A program made the translations under genes and the position numbers. Below the pieces are notes generated by a model. The model was not told the origin of the DNA. It did not search any database and worked only from the letters and a program-made list of their open reading frames with translations. A stretch of 64,000 bases of DNA from Candidatus Cloacimonadales bacterium (GTDB lineage Bacteria > Cloacimonadota > Cloacimonadia > Cloacimonadales > JAFGVF01). The stretch lies in contig CAXXOU010000001.1 of assembly GCA_963677495.2 (NCBI GenBank), forward strand, positions 608,001 to 672,000. The letters run 5' to 3'. Positions 30,546-41,676 of the stretch are shown here, piece by piece; the first letter of the stretch is position 1, and each line of letters opens with the position of its first letter.

Positions 30546-32588
30546 TTACAGTTCTTCTCCATCAAGAGGTTTATTGAGCTCTTCAGTTCCAGGAACTGCA
30601 AATCTTCCCTCTCTGATTATATCAAGTTCTTCACCTTTAGGAGTTATCGCTGTGATGAATCCGAGTTCTTCATAAGGAAGTGTGATATCTGTATGTACCC
30701 CGGTATAAGCTTCTTGAGGATTATCTTTACGTTTGCATGACATCTCATTCTCACGTGCTGTAATCTCTTTGTTGTCGATAGGATTGAAGGTTGCAAAGTC
30801 CTCTTCCCAACTAAAGCAAGTATCACCGATAGCGAAATGTGGTCCCATCTTCTCGATGATAAGTACAGGAAGTACATCAAGGATATCAAACTTCTTAGCC
30901 ATAACATGAGCTAAAGTATTTGTACCAATAGCAAACTCACCAATAGGAAGTGTCTTATGTGGGAAAAGAAGGTTTTCTTCAATATACTTTCTGTTCTTCT
31001 CTTCATCATCATTGTTTGTGCAGCTGTAGTCAGAAACAAACCCATCTTTGAAAGTAAGTTTAAGGTTCTCGAACTTAAGACCATTAAGGAAAGTCTCTTT
31101 AATATGAAGCACACCATCAGTACCCGTAAGTTTAGGAGAAGTGAACACTTCACCCACAGGGATATTCACATCTGCTCCGCAGTTAACGAAGTTGGTGTGC
31201 TTACTTGGGTCTTCAAGCTTTTGCATCATAACCATGATGTCTGTTTCATTACCGGCAGTACCCTTAACATGCACCTTCTCAGCAAGGTCGAGTCTATCAA
31301 CGATCTTCTGTTGAATAGCTTCCCATTTCTCTGTATCAAGCATGTTTACTTCAGCTGTAGCTTCATAAATCTCCTCGAATTTTTCGCCAATCTCAGGAGT
31401 TGGGAAGCCGATTATACAGAAACTTGTCTCTTTTCTTGGAATATATTTCTGCATAATCTGACCTGATTTCACACGGTTCATCTGACTAAGCTTAGTCTGC
31501 TCCGGTGAGTACTTTAAGCATTCTGCTTTCTGCTCAGGGTTGAATGGTTTTTCTCCGAAGTTATCAAAGTAAACCGGACCACCATAAAGAGCAAGCAAAT
31601 CAGCATTAGCTTCACATCTCTTCTCATAGCGTTCGATGTTCTTTTCAACAAACTCTTTATCATAGAAGAAAGCTGAGCTGAATCTATGATCATAGTTATA
31701 CTGCTTGTTCACCTCAGTAGATGACACACGAGTAAAGAATGGTTTAAGGTCATACTTCTCAAGTTTAGCAGCAACTGCACGAGCAAGACGTTCCTGACCT
31801 ACGCTGTAGATAAGGTTATATGTCTTTTTCTTATTGAGGTCTTTCTTTGAGAGTGTATAACCACGAACAAATCCCTTTGCTGTGCAATCAGCAAGCTGTT
31901 GTAGTTTATCTTCAGGATAAGTTCTCATGAAGTCAGCGATTCTGAGCTCATTATCAGTAATATATTTACCATATTGGTAGAGGTACCTGTTGTCAGAGAG
32001 GTCAGCATCTTTGATGATTCTATAGTTTTTCCCATATTCAGGAGTCCACATGGAGCGGAAAGAAGCCATCTCCATCTCTTCATCAAAGTGGTTAATAGCA
32101 GTAAGAATATGTGATTTCAAAGTTTCGTAGTCGTTCTTACCATCTTGAAGAAGAGCATTGAAACTAATAAGATTCTGCATCCATTTAAGGTTCATGAAAG
32201 ATTTACCTGAAAAAACATAGCCTTTGAAGTTAAAGAATACGCTATAATAGAAAGACAACATCTGCCCCATTCCATCGCCAAATTCTTTCACTGCATAAGC
32301 CGGATTGAGGATGCTATAGTTATAGTTATCACCAACAATTTCTGAGAATATAGTCTGGTTCTTTTTACTTAGCTGTTCCAAAGTATGTGTTTTGTAGTAA
32401 TCCCAATCAAACTCAAGCTCTAGTTTTCTAGCTGCTAAAGCTTTCGTAGCACACTTATTTACAAACTGGATAAGCTTATCTTCTGATGATTTGTTCTCTA
32501 CTAGAATTTGTTCTATACGTTCCCAGGCACTATTGCATTCTTCTAATGTTTCCTGTTTTCTCTTATCAAAGAATTCTTGTAATTGCAT
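30546..32588 (-). CDS. Aminopeptidase, M29-like
   Basis: NIPVGEVFTSP, GEFAIGTN, EKMGPHFAIG, HTDI. Confidence 0.88.
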   Translation of the reverse strand: MQLQEFFDKRKQETLEECNSAWERIEQILVENKSSEDKLIQFVNKCATKALAARKLELEFDWDYYKTHTLEQLSKKNQTIFSEIVGDNYNYSILNPAYAVKEFGDGMGQMLSFYYSVFFNFKGYVFSGKSFMNLKWMQNLISFNALLQDGKNDYETLKSHILTAINHFDEEMEMASFRSMWTPEYGKNYRIIKDADLSDNRYLYQYGKYITDNELRIADFMRTYPEDKLQQLADCTAKGFVRGYTLSKKDLNKKKTYNLIYSVGQERLARAVAAKLEKYDLKPFFTRVSSTEVNKQYNYDHRFSSAFFYDKEFVEKNIERYEKRCEANADLLALYGGPVYFDNFGEKPFNPEQKAECLKYSPEQTKLSQMNRVKSGQIMQKYIPRKETSFCIIGFPTPEIGEKFEEIYEATAEVNMLDTEKWEAIQQKIVDRLDLAEKVHVKGTAGNETDIMVMMQKLEDPSKHTNFVNCGADVNIPVGEVFTSPKLTGTDGVLHIKETFLNGLKFENLKLTFKDGFVSDYSCTNNDDEEKNRKYIEENLLFPHKTLPIGEFAIGTNTLAHVMAKKFDILDVLPVLIIEKMGPHFAIGDTCFSWEEDFATFNPIDNKEITARENEMSCKRKDNPQEAYTGVHTDITLPYEELGFITAITPKGEELDIIREGRFAVPGTEELNKPLDGEEL

Positions 32589-32808
32589 AAAGTCTCCAAT
32601 TAGTCATTGTTAATTTATCCCATTCAAACTTATAGCCTTAGTTGTAAAGCTTTTTTCTTTAGTTTCACGTACATAGGTTGAAATCTTTTGCCTGGGATTC
32701 CTCGAAAAATCTATCATAATAATGCAAACCAAGACAGTTGCATGAAATACCTTGCCAAAATTAAATCTCAAAGTTTATTTGATGTAAAAGATATATATGG
32801 AGAGAACC

Positions 32809-34521
32809 ATGAAAAAGGTATTAATTATCACAGGAATAGTGATTGCAAGTATACTTCTCATTGTCATACTGGGAGGATATTTCACTGCGAACCGCTTCTT
32901 TAATGCTAAGAGCGGATTCTCTTTACGCACAACACTAACCGAATCTATCGGCAAAAAAGTCGACTATAAAGACCTTAAAGTCAAACTGGGTTTAGGCGTA
33001 AAAGTTGAGCTTAATGGCTTCACAATCATAGACCCTGACTATCCTAGCAAACCACTTATTCAAGCTGATAAAGTATACGCTGACATGAAACTACTACCAC
33101 TTCTCTCCAAGAAAATAGAAGTAGTAAAAATAACTATTGATAAACCTGGTATCTATTGGAACGACAAAATCAAGTTCGAAAGCAAAGAAAAGAAAACTCC
33201 AAAGAAAGAGAAGAAACCTAAGAAAGAGAAGAAAGAGAACGAGATGTTTACTCTTTCTATCCCTGAGATTGGTATAAACAAAGGTAGCTTCACTTTTGAA
33301 ACAGATACTGACACTCTTCTGGTTGAGAATATAAATCTTAACTTGCAAGTTAGCGTAAACAGTCTTGATAAAGGTAAAGAAGACTATTCCGGTACACTTG
33401 AAATTCGCAACATTGATGGTTCCTATGGTCCATACAACTGGCACAAAGCCACCGGTTCTATCTCTGTGAATCAGGATAAGCTTTCTTGTGATGAACTTCT
33501 CTTCGCTACATCTTTAGGTAAGTACTGGATGAATGTTGACTTGAAGGATTGGAGTCACTTTGGAGTTAAAGACGCAACTAAACCTCAGCTTGTGTTCCAT
33601 GTCATTTCACCATTGGCTGACTTTTCCAAACTACCTAAACAGGAGAAAACTGAAGCTCAACCTGACAGTCTTATCGCTGAAGCAGACATACAAGTTGAGC
33701 AGAAACCAAGCACTGCTAATGAACTTGAACTACCGTTGGATGTTCAAGGTATAATCGACTTCAAGAAAGTGAAGACTGAGGTTTTAGAGATTCAAAACCT
33801 TAAGACTCTTATCGGAGCTAAAGACGATAAAGTGTATTTGAATGTTGAAACCAAAGTTGCTGGTGGCAAGGTGAAACTTGAAACTACTCTTGTTAATGGT
33901 GAGACAAAGTCTCTTAAGGATCTTGGTTATCAGGGAGAGCTCAAAATTTTCAACCTGAAAGTAGAAGAGATTGCAAAACCTATTCTCAAAGATGATTTCC
34001 TCGAAGGTAATCTCAGTGCTTCATTTGATGTGCAGGGAACAGGATTTAGCTTACAAGATATCGTTAGCACAATGGAAGGATATGGAACTATATCACTTAA
34101 AGATGGCTATTATTACCTTCCGAAGAATGTTAAAGAGTTTGGTAAATATGCGAAGACACTCAAGCACGATAAAGTTGCTGTTAGTATTGAAAACACTTCC
34201 ACATATTCAAAAGGGATTCTTAAACTAGATAATCTGGTTGCTGAGTCAGAGATTGCTGATGCTAAGATTAGTGGGTATGTAAAACTTACCGGTTATGTTA
34301 ACGCAAGAGTTGTTGGTAGAGTTTCACGTCAGGTAAGTAAAGAGCTTAAAATACCTGCAAAGCAGATGTTCTATGATGCAGATAAGCGACTCGGTTTCAA
34401 AGTTACAGTGAAAGGTCCTTTTGATAAAACAGAGGTTAAGTTCCACTGGGCCAAGCTTACCGGACAGATCTGGAAGAATGTTAAACGTGGAGTTGGTAGC
34501 TTGATAAAAGGACTATTCTAA
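32809..34521 (+). CDS. AsmA-family protein
   Basis: N-terminal TM followed by AsmA-like beta-rich sequence (LLPLLSKKIEV; C-terminal VKGPFDKT). Confidence 0.75.
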   Translation: MKKVLIITGIVIASILLIVILGGYFTANRFFNAKSGFSLRTTLTESIGKKVDYKDLKVKLGLGVKVELNGFTIIDPDYPSKPLIQADKVYADMKLLPLLSKKIEVVKITIDKPGIYWNDKIKFESKEKKTPKKEKKPKKEKKENEMFTLSIPEIGINKGSFTFETDTDTLLVENINLNLQVSVNSLDKGKEDYSGTLEIRNIDGSYGPYNWHKATGSISVNQDKLSCDELLFATSLGKYWMNVDLKDWSHFGVKDATKPQLVFHVISPLADFSKLPKQEKTEAQPDSLIAEADIQVEQKPSTANELELPLDVQGIIDFKKVKTEVLEIQNLKTLIGAKDDKVYLNVETKVAGGKVKLETTLVNGETKSLKDLGYQGELKIFNLKVEEIAKPILKDDFLEGNLSASFDVQGTGFSLQDIVSTMEGYGTISLKDGYYYLPKNVKEFGKYAKTLKHDKVAVSIENTSTYSKGILKLDNLVAESEIADAKISGYVKLTGYVNARVVGRVSRQVSKELKIPAKQMFYDADKRLGFKVTVKGPFDKTEVKFHWAKLTGQIWKNVKRGVGSLIKGLF

Positions 34522-35862
34522 CTCACTTAAAACATAGTTATTAAGTAGGTATACCCTATCTGATACAGCTTTTACGAACGGCATGTCATGACTGATAATC
34601 AGGATGGCATGCCCTTTCATTTTTAGTTCCTCTATCATGAAGATAAGCTTCTTCTTATTCTCATAATCCTGTCCAAAGGTCGGTTCATCAAGCATTATCA
34701 AAGGTCTATCTAGGCTTTGCACAATTGCAAGGGATAACCTTCTTTTCTCACCTACCGAGAGTGTGAACGGGTTCTGATTCCCGTGTTCCTGTAGCCCGAT
34801 AGACTCAAGTAGTTCCTGCTTCCCTCCTACTTCCTCCATGACTGTTGGAAAGATGAAATGGTTTTCAGGGTTTTGGAAGAGGTAACCAATCTGTCTGAAC
34901 AGCTCATTTTGCTTCAGAGCTTTGAGATTCATATCATTGATTTCGATTCGTCCACTGTAACCCTTCACTAAACCTGAAATAATTTTAAACAAAGTACTCT
35001 TTCCTACCCCATTCTTGCCTGTTATTGAGATAGTTTCACCTTTATGAACAGATAGATTTAAACTTTTGTAGAGTTGCTTCTCTTTGAAGCTAAAGCTTAA
35101 ATCCTTTATACTCAGAATTGCGTTCAGCTTCTGTTGTTGGTGAAGATTTTTAAACTCCTGCTCCCATAGAACATTCTCGGGACTTTCTTCATGCAGGAAG
35201 CCGTTATCATCTATCGCAATCACCCTGTTAATGTATTCTTTAAAGTAGCTTAAATTATGCTCAACAATGATAACAGTTTTGTTCTTAACTTGATTCCTGA
35301 TAATAGCTAATAGTTCCTCTGCAGATGCGGGGTCAAGGAAAGCTGTAGGCTCATCTAAAAGAAGTATCTCAGGATCGGTTAGTAAGATTGACAGCAATGC
35401 CACTTTTTGCATCTCTCCACCGGAAAGAGTTAGCACATCTCTATCTAGAAGAGCTTCGATATTGTACTCTTTAGCAGCTTTCTCTATAGATTCACTTATC
35501 TCATTTGGTTGCACCTGAAGATTCTCAAGCCCAAATGCAAGTTCCTGCCTAACTGTTTTATGTATCATCTGGGCTGCAGGATTCTGAAACAGCAGACCGG
35601 AATCCATCTTGTCTCTCTCAGTTAGCTGGGATATCGCTCTACCTTTGTACTCGATTGCACCTTTCAATGTACCATTTATCTGTTCAGGTATTAATCCTTT
35701 TAAAGTATATAAAAGCGTTGTCTTACCTGATCCGGAGCTTCCTTTTAGAAGAATGAAATCACCCTTACATATCTCTAACCCACCTTTCCAGCTTATTCCT
35801 CTTTGCTGAAAGGGGTACTCAAAAGAAAAGTCCTTAACTCTGTAGATTACTTCTTTACTCAA
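34513..35862 (-). CDS. ECF-type ABC ATPase with two nucleotide-binding domains (YkoD-like)
   Basis: Two Walker A motifs, FQNP, LSGGE / LSVGE, LDEPTFGQD. Confidence 0.9.
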   Translation of the reverse strand: MSKEVIYRVKDFSFEYPFQQRGISWKGGLEICKGDFILLKGSSGSGKTTLLYTLKGLIPEQINGTLKGAIEYKGRAISQLTERDKMDSGLLFQNPAAQMIHKTVRQELAFGLENLQVQPNEISESIEKAAKEYNIEALLDRDVLTLSGGEMQKVALLSILLTDPEILLLDEPTAFLDPASAEELLAIIRNQVKNKTVIIVEHNLSYFKEYINRVIAIDDNGFLHEESPENVLWEQEFKNLHQQQKLNAILSIKDLSFSFKEKQLYKSLNLSVHKGETISITGKNGVGKSTLFKIISGLVKGYSGRIEINDMNLKALKQNELFRQIGYLFQNPENHFIFPTVMEEVGGKQELLESIGLQEHGNQNPFTLSVGEKRRLSLAIVQSLDRPLIMLDEPTFGQDYENKKKLIFMIEELKMKGHAILIISHDMPFVKAVSDRVYLLNNYVLSELE

Positions 35863-36769
35863 AATATCCTCTTACGTTCATTCCTTGGTACATTCCATGT
35901 GCATAAAGCTCTGATAACAGCTTATTCAACCATACTTTCTTCTCACCTGAGACATTACGTGCTATCTGATTCCTGTGCAGATTAGAAGTGAAGAATCGGC
36001 TGATGGTTTTCTCCACTGAGATTTCAGGTATAAGCTTCATAAGTAATTCGATATATTCGTCAATATTGATTAGATCTAAATCGCAGTCATACAATTTAGA
36101 ACCTTTAAATGCTACTAGATTGTGTAACTTAACATCTGTTATAATATCTTGTCTATTAGCATAATGGATTGTCTCAATCATATCTTCAAGAGATTCATCA
36201 GGAATACCGATTATCAGATGCACTCCCGCATGTAAACCATGATGTTTTATTCGTTCCAGAGCTAGCTTAGTATCCTGAAACGTATGGTTTCTACCAAGTA
36301 GTTCTAAGCTTTTATCATGAATTGTCTGCATTCCTAACTCAATATGTACGTTGTACTTCTTGCACAATTGTAGGTACTCATCATCACAGTAATCAGGTCT
36401 TGTAGAGGCAATAATTCCTTTAACTCTACTATCGGAACTAGCGATTTCAAAAGCATCTCTAAGTTTGTTAATTTTAATGGCACCGGTAGTTTCATCCTGG
36501 AAATATGCCAAATATACTAGTTCTCTTCCAACACCTTTTCTAATCTTTGCAATACCGATATCCAGTTGTTGCTGAATAGAATAATTGTTATTATCCTCAG
36601 TAAAGGTGGATGGTATGCAGAATATGCACCCACGCTTTGCCCTATTAGGACATTTCTCTCCAAGCGACAATCCGACTTTGAAGGCTTTACTTCCATAAAG
36701 CTTCTTCGCCTTGTCACTCCAGAGATTCAGTCTATATTCTAATCTTTTACCGGGTCCACTAGCTAGCAC
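35855..36769 (-). CDS. YhcC/TIGR01212-like radical SAM protein
   Basis: CPNRAKRGCIFC, AYFQ, STRPD, VKLHNL; GTG start at 36769 with GGAGG 8 nt upstream. Confidence 0.85.
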   Translation of the reverse strand: MLASGPGKRLEYRLNLWSDKAKKLYGSKAFKVGLSLGEKCPNRAKRGCIFCIPSTFTEDNNNYSIQQQLDIGIAKIRKGVGRELVYLAYFQDETTGAIKINKLRDAFEIASSDSRVKGIIASTRPDYCDDEYLQLCKKYNVHIELGMQTIHDKSLELLGRNHTFQDTKLALERIKHHGLHAGVHLIIGIPDESLEDMIETIHYANRQDIITDVKLHNLVAFKGSKLYDCDLDLINIDEYIELLMKLIPEISVEKTISRFFTSNLHRNQIARNVSGEKKVWLNKLLSELYAHGMYQGMNVRGYFE

Positions 36770-38405
36770 CGGCTGAACCTCCACCTGCTGCTCCGGCACC
36801 TGCACCGGTTGCACTCGCACCTGAGGAGGCAACAGTCGCAACAAAAGCACCATGAAAGGCATAGAAATCGTTTAGATTATCGAAATTGAGCTCTTTAAAA
36901 AGTTTCGGTATCTCAATTCCCTCTTTTTTGCAATACTTCATAAGTCTCTTTTCCTGACCTAAAATTGTGAAGTATGGGAATACTTCTCTAACGTATTCTT
37001 CATCAACAGCTAAGCTTTTATCTCTAAATGATGCTGAGATAAACTGTTTATATCCTTTCCAGGTTGCTTTTACATCTTTTCCTTCAGGAGAAAGTGTGTT
37101 GGTTACTGCAGAGAACATCAGCGCAAAGAAGGCAGTATCAAACATAAGGATTGGGATAATAAAACTCCACCCCATTCCTTTTTCATACATAATCAGAGCA
37201 GGTACTAAAAGAGCAATAGATAGGATTAAGAAAATAGCTGAAATCGTAGCTTTCTTTATAAGAGCTTTTGTCAGCTCTTCATAACCTAAACCTTCTTCAA
37301 AGAACTCTTCATGAAGAGCTTTACCAAGTGGATTCTTAGAGTTTTGCCCCATCAGCTTCACTGTTGCGATAAGAGGTTTACTTTTCTTCGCCTGCAATTC
37401 ACGTAACTCATGAATAAAATCTTCATCAACTCTGTTATCTAGGGTAACAGAGTCATCAATATGCCAGTTGTAATCCTTACTAAGTTTAGAACTGCTTCTG
37501 CCATCAATAACTATTACTTTCTTCCAGATAAGATTAAGAACAGCACCACCAAAATTATATGATCTGGAAGTAGGTGAGAAGATAGTCTTCCACATGAGTA
37601 ACGGGTGTATCTTTTCAGGGAGTTCTTGAGAGTTGTAAGGAAGTTTTTTATCCCTATAAACAGCCAAAGCAATTACGATAAACAAAACAACAAATATAAG
37701 CAACACAGACGCAATACCTAAAATTATGTAATGATTCTTGTACTCAGCCTGCTTCATTTCGATAATTGCAAACTCTGGTTGTGGTAGATGAACAACTTCT
37801 TGAGGCAAATCAAAACCAGTTAAGAAATGTTCTCCGGTTAGGTTACTGAAACTATAGATAATACTCTGACCATCTTCAGAGATAGTAGGTTTGATTAATT
37901 CTGAACTAATAACAGGGACTTTACTCTCTATTTGTGGTTTCTTAATGATTACAGCACCCTCTTTAATGAGAAAGTCATAATCAATCGGCAATGGAATCCA
38001 GCGAAACTGTACATCTTCTCCGATTATCTTATATGGCTTCTTTATAAGGTAACGCCAGTTCACAGTTGTCTGTCTATCATAATATCCCGGTAGTGTGACA
38101 TACATCTCAAGGTCTTCTCTGTCATTCACTTCGCATTGAGCAGGATTAGTAGGATCCAAGAAGCTGCCATCATGCATAATCTCAATAAACTGCAAGCCAT
38201 CACTATGTGAATCAGGTATCTCACGGAAGAGCTGATTAAAAGGCCCACCTTGCAAATTATAAGTCCACTCTTCATCCACAAGCAAATCCCCGTTTGGCTT
38301 GAGTTCTGCATTTATTCTCACTTCGTCAATGTAGTATGATTTTGCATTTATTGCTATTATTGTAAAAATCAAGCAAATTAGAATTACTGTTTTTTTCATA
38401 AACAC
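36759..38405 (-). CDS. DUF2207-family membrane protein
   Basis: Signal peptide, NGDLLVDEEWTY, TM helices, Gly/Ala-rich C-terminal tail. Confidence 0.82.
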   Translation of the reverse strand: MFMKKTVILICLIFTIIAINAKSYYIDEVRINAELKPNGDLLVDEEWTYNLQGGPFNQLFREIPDSHSDGLQFIEIMHDGSFLDPTNPAQCEVNDREDLEMYVTLPGYYDRQTTVNWRYLIKKPYKIIGEDVQFRWIPLPIDYDFLIKEGAVIIKKPQIESKVPVISSELIKPTISEDGQSIIYSFSNLTGEHFLTGFDLPQEVVHLPQPEFAIIEMKQAEYKNHYIILGIASVLLIFVVLFIVIALAVYRDKKLPYNSQELPEKIHPLLMWKTIFSPTSRSYNFGGAVLNLIWKKVIVIDGRSSSKLSKDYNWHIDDSVTLDNRVDEDFIHELRELQAKKSKPLIATVKLMGQNSKNPLGKALHEEFFEEGLGYEELTKALIKKATISAIFLILSIALLVPALIMYEKGMGWSFIIPILMFDTAFFALMFSAVTNTLSPEGKDVKATWKGYKQFISASFRDKSLAVDEEYVREVFPYFTILGQEKRLMKYCKKEGIEIPKLFKELNFDNLNDFYAFHGAFVATVASSGASATGAGAGAAGGGSAGAS

Positions 38406-38578
38406 CTCCTATATTCGCAATTGAGAATCGAGTTTCTTTAATGTCAAGGTCTAATAGCTAGCTAAATTCCCTCCACGCTAGGGATAGCTCAAATATATCT
38501 ATTACTTTTCAATGCATAACCTACTTATATGCTTTCACATATTTCCATCTAAAACAATAACTCAAGTGCACTCGCTAG

Positions 38579-38712
38579 TCTCAGCAGTAATTCTTTGTAA
38601 TTTGATAGCGATATCTTGGTAATAACTTAGAAATATCTTAGTAATTAGGCCAAGAATAGGCCAAGGGTTTGCCAAGGGTTTACCAAGTGTTGCTCAAGAA
38701 TTACTGCCGAGA
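38579..38712. repeat. Family 3 inverted-repeat-bounded element with inverted 11-bp arrays
   Basis: Arms TCTCAGCAGTAATTCTT / AAGAATTACTGCCGAGA (16/17); CTTRG at 38615/26/37; CAAG at 38651/62/73/84/95. Confidence 0.85.
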
Positions 38713-38951
38713 TATAAAGGAGTGTATAGTATAAAAACATTCTGCAAAAATAGTGAATGAAAGAGCAAGTTTAGTGTGCTCCAGCTTTCGCATCATGTTA
38801 CAAATAGTGAGAGTTCATCGTCCTATATAGGCAGTAGTGTTTTTGAAAAACTGAGAAGATAGGGGGATAACAAAGATTTCTCTCCTTCCCTATTCTCTGC
38901 TTAGCAGGATCCATTAGAGCGTTGTAAAGCAATTACGAAGATGTTAAGATT

Positions 38952-39707
38952 TTAATGCCTAAAGTCGAAATCACATGGTTTATAAATTATGTCATCAATA
39001 GATTCAACTTTGATAATTCCATGTACAGCATTTGTAAGGAATACGGATTCATATTCTGCCAATTTATTAAGTGATATTTGTGCTTCTAAGATCTTATAAT
39101 TATCAATCACTTTCCTTTCTAGTATCAACCTACGTGTAATACCGGGAAGAAGTTCTAAAGTAGATGCCGGTGTGTAGATATGTCTGTTCCTAACTAAGAA
39201 GATATTAGCAAAACAGGTTTCAAGGATATTGCCTTCTATATCATAGAAAAGCATGTCATCAAAACCCTTATCAAGTGCCTGCTGTTTATAATATAGTGGG
39301 AGCATATAGTTTGTGGTCTTATATTTATTGAGTGGATTGGCATGTCGTGGTTCTTTGCAAGTGACCAGTCTGAAGCTTCTGTTAACTGCTTGAAACTCAT
39401 CAGCTGTGATGATAACTGTTGTACTATCTAACGCTTTTCTAAGAAGAATTCTGATACGCAATCTATCCATGTTATTCATATCAGCAAGTTTATTCAGAAT
39501 ATGGGAGAACTCGAATTCTGGATAATGAATATTAAAACGTTTACATGCATCTTTTAAACGATCTGTATGCATTTTGAGATTATAAGCATTGTTCCGAGTA
39601 AACAAAAATGTTGTAAAAACTCCATAACCATGCAGGAAACCACTATTGTTTATATTTAACTCAACATTAACAGGCTCTCTATACACTCCATTAATATACC
39701 AGATCAT
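38952..39707 (-). CDS. pabC: Aminodeoxychorismate lyase (class IV aminotransferase)
   Basis: GYGVFTT, YKTTNY, ETCFANIF, LPGITR; follows pabAB. Confidence 0.8.
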   Translation of the reverse strand: MIWYINGVYREPVNVELNINNSGFLHGYGVFTTFLFTRNNAYNLKMHTDRLKDACKRFNIHYPEFEFSHILNKLADMNNMDRLRIRILLRKALDSTTVIITADEFQAVNRSFRLVTCKEPRHANPLNKYKTTNYMLPLYYKQQALDKGFDDMLFYDIEGNILETCFANIFLVRNRHIYTPASTLELLPGITRRLILERKVIDNYKILEAQISLNKLAEYESVFLTNAVHGIIKVESIDDIIYKPCDFDFRH

Positions 39708-41062
39708 TTGCTCTCCTTTCCACTAGAAATGAAATGAGTGACTTTCTGAATAATCTCATCATATTCCGATTCAGGATTTGAATCGATTGTTACTGCGCCA
39801 CCACTATTAAAGAATAGCTTTGTACAATCATCTGTCAAGGATTTAGCTACAATACCTGTCCTGATCACGATACTTGATTGTAGGAAATCCTTATTCATCA
39901 CAAAAATGGAACCTGTGTAAAGATTACGTCTGCTGTTTTCAAGCTCATCGATAATCTCCATAGATCTGACTTTTGGACAACCGGTTATTGAACCTCCGGG
40001 GAAAGCACCCTTAATGAGTTCGATGTAGTCCTCATCATCTTGAAGTTCACCTTTAACTATGGCAACCAGGTGCCAGACGTTTGTGTACTTCTCAAGTCGA
40101 TGAGGAGTAACAACTTCTACTGAACCTACTTGGCAGTTCTTAGACAAGTCATTACGAAGAAGGTCAACAATCATATGTAACTCAGCTTTGTCCTTTTCTG
40201 AGTTAAGAAGCCTTTCTTTAGATTCATTATCCTTTATTGGATCAATGTATCTAGCTGCAGTTCCCTTAATAGGTCTAGTCTCAATATAATTAGCTTCAGC
40301 TTTGATAAACTGTTCAGGAGAGAGAGACAAAATCTGGAAATCTGAGAAATTCATGTAAGCTGAGAAAGGTGCAGGATTCTTTCTGTATAGGTCATAAAAA
40401 CAATTGAAGGGGTTTCCATTGAATGGGGCTGAAAACTGCTGTGATAAGTTAACTTCATAAACATCACCAGAGTAGATGTAGTCTCTAACTTGATTGACCT
40501 TAGAACAATACTCCTCTTTGGAGAAATCCGGTTTTATCTTGCCGATAGTGTAATAATCAGGTTGTGCAATGTGATTGCTTTCAATGCATTTCATGTTATA
40601 TTCGATGTGAATCTTCCAGGCCTTACGACTGAGTTCATCGAAGTAGATGAAATCTGAGAAAACAGCATATAATGCATGTGGAATAGAATAATTACAATTA
40701 GTAGTGCTGGGTAACGTTTCAAGCGTATGATTGAGGTCATAGTTCCAATATCCGCATACGCCACATCTGTTGATTGGGAACTCATACTTTTCAAAGTTCA
40801 GCTGTGTAATTAGATCTCGTAAAACTTTCCATGGCTCAAAATTTAGGCTAGTGTTATCAATAGCTGTTTGAAGCTTACTTCCTTGGGGTGAAAGCTTAAA
40901 AGTAGCAACAGGATTATGACCTATTAAAGAAAACTTGGCTAAGTCTTTCTGCCCTTCTCCGGTGTACAAAATTGACTTAGATGCAGATATCTTGGTTTTA
41001 TAGTATTCAATTGGTTCTTGATAATCGATAACTTCAATTTCTGTAGATAGTATTTTTATCAT
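39704..41062 (-). CDS. pabB: Aminodeoxychorismate synthase component I
   Basis: TRPIKGT, MIVDLLRNDL, FPGGSITGCPK. Confidence 0.88.
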   Translation of the reverse strand: MIKILSTEIEVIDYQEPIEYYKTKISASKSILYTGEGQKDLAKFSLIGHNPVATFKLSPQGSKLQTAIDNTSLNFEPWKVLRDLITQLNFEKYEFPINRCGVCGYWNYDLNHTLETLPSTTNCNYSIPHALYAVFSDFIYFDELSRKAWKIHIEYNMKCIESNHIAQPDYYTIGKIKPDFSKEEYCSKVNQVRDYIYSGDVYEVNLSQQFSAPFNGNPFNCFYDLYRKNPAPFSAYMNFSDFQILSLSPEQFIKAEANYIETRPIKGTAARYIDPIKDNESKERLLNSEKDKAELHMIVDLLRNDLSKNCQVGSVEVVTPHRLEKYTNVWHLVAIVKGELQDDEDYIELIKGAFPGGSITGCPKVRSMEIIDELENSRRNLYTGSIFVMNKDFLQSSIVIRTGIVAKSLTDDCTKLFFNSGGAVTIDSNPESEYDEIIQKVTHFISSGKESK

Positions 41063-41628
41063 AGTAACTCTAGGAAGTTTCGAATAATCTGAGAACCATG
41101 TTCTGAAAGAAATGACTCAGGATGAAACTGTACAGCATAAGCTTTGTTATTGTGATCCTCGATTGCCATTGAGATACCACCAACTGTTTTGGCTGTTACT
41201 TTATAACATGACGGTATATCAATACATTGCAAAGAATGGTATCTGGCGATCTCGAAAGTTGATGGCGTACTCTTAAACAAGATGCTTTCTCTAGTTTCTA
41301 TGATAATTTTATTGCTTTTACCATGTACGGGATATGGTGCTTTAATAGTTTTACCACCCTTAAGTTCATTAAGGCATTGCATACCAAGGCAGACACCAAA
41401 AATGGGAAGTTTCCCAAAACATTGCTTCAGAAGATTCATAGTTGATGGAGTTGTATCAGGCCTTCCTGGTCCAGGAGAGATGACTATAGCTTCATAATTC
41501 GCTATATGTATGTCATCTAGCTCATTATTCCTGACAACATCTACTTCACCTGTATATCCACCCTTAATCAGATGAAGAAGATTGTAAGTAAATGAGTCAA
41601 AATTGTCGATTAAGAGGAGCTTATTCAT
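41059..41628 (-). CDS. pabA: Glutamine amidotransferase component II
   Basis: DNFDSFTYN, SPGPG, GVCLG, RYHSL, QFHPES. Confidence 0.88.
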   Translation of the reverse strand: MNKLLLIDNFDSFTYNLLHLIKGGYTGEVDVVRNNELDDIHIANYEAIVISPGPGRPDTTPSTMNLLKQCFGKLPIFGVCLGMQCLNELKGGKTIKAPYPVHGKSNKIIIETRESILFKSTPSTFEIARYHSLQCIDIPSCYKVTAKTVGGISMAIEDHNNKAYAVQFHPESFLSEHGSQIIRNFLELL

Positions 41629-41676
41629 GAAAAATAAGAATAGCGGGAAGCAGATACTTCCCGCATAATAATCTTT

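Noticed and set aside
36770..36862. N-terminal extension of the radical SAM ORF
   Set aside because: Alternate frame of the Gly/Ala tail of the DUF2207 gene; an RBS-supported GTG lies at 36769.
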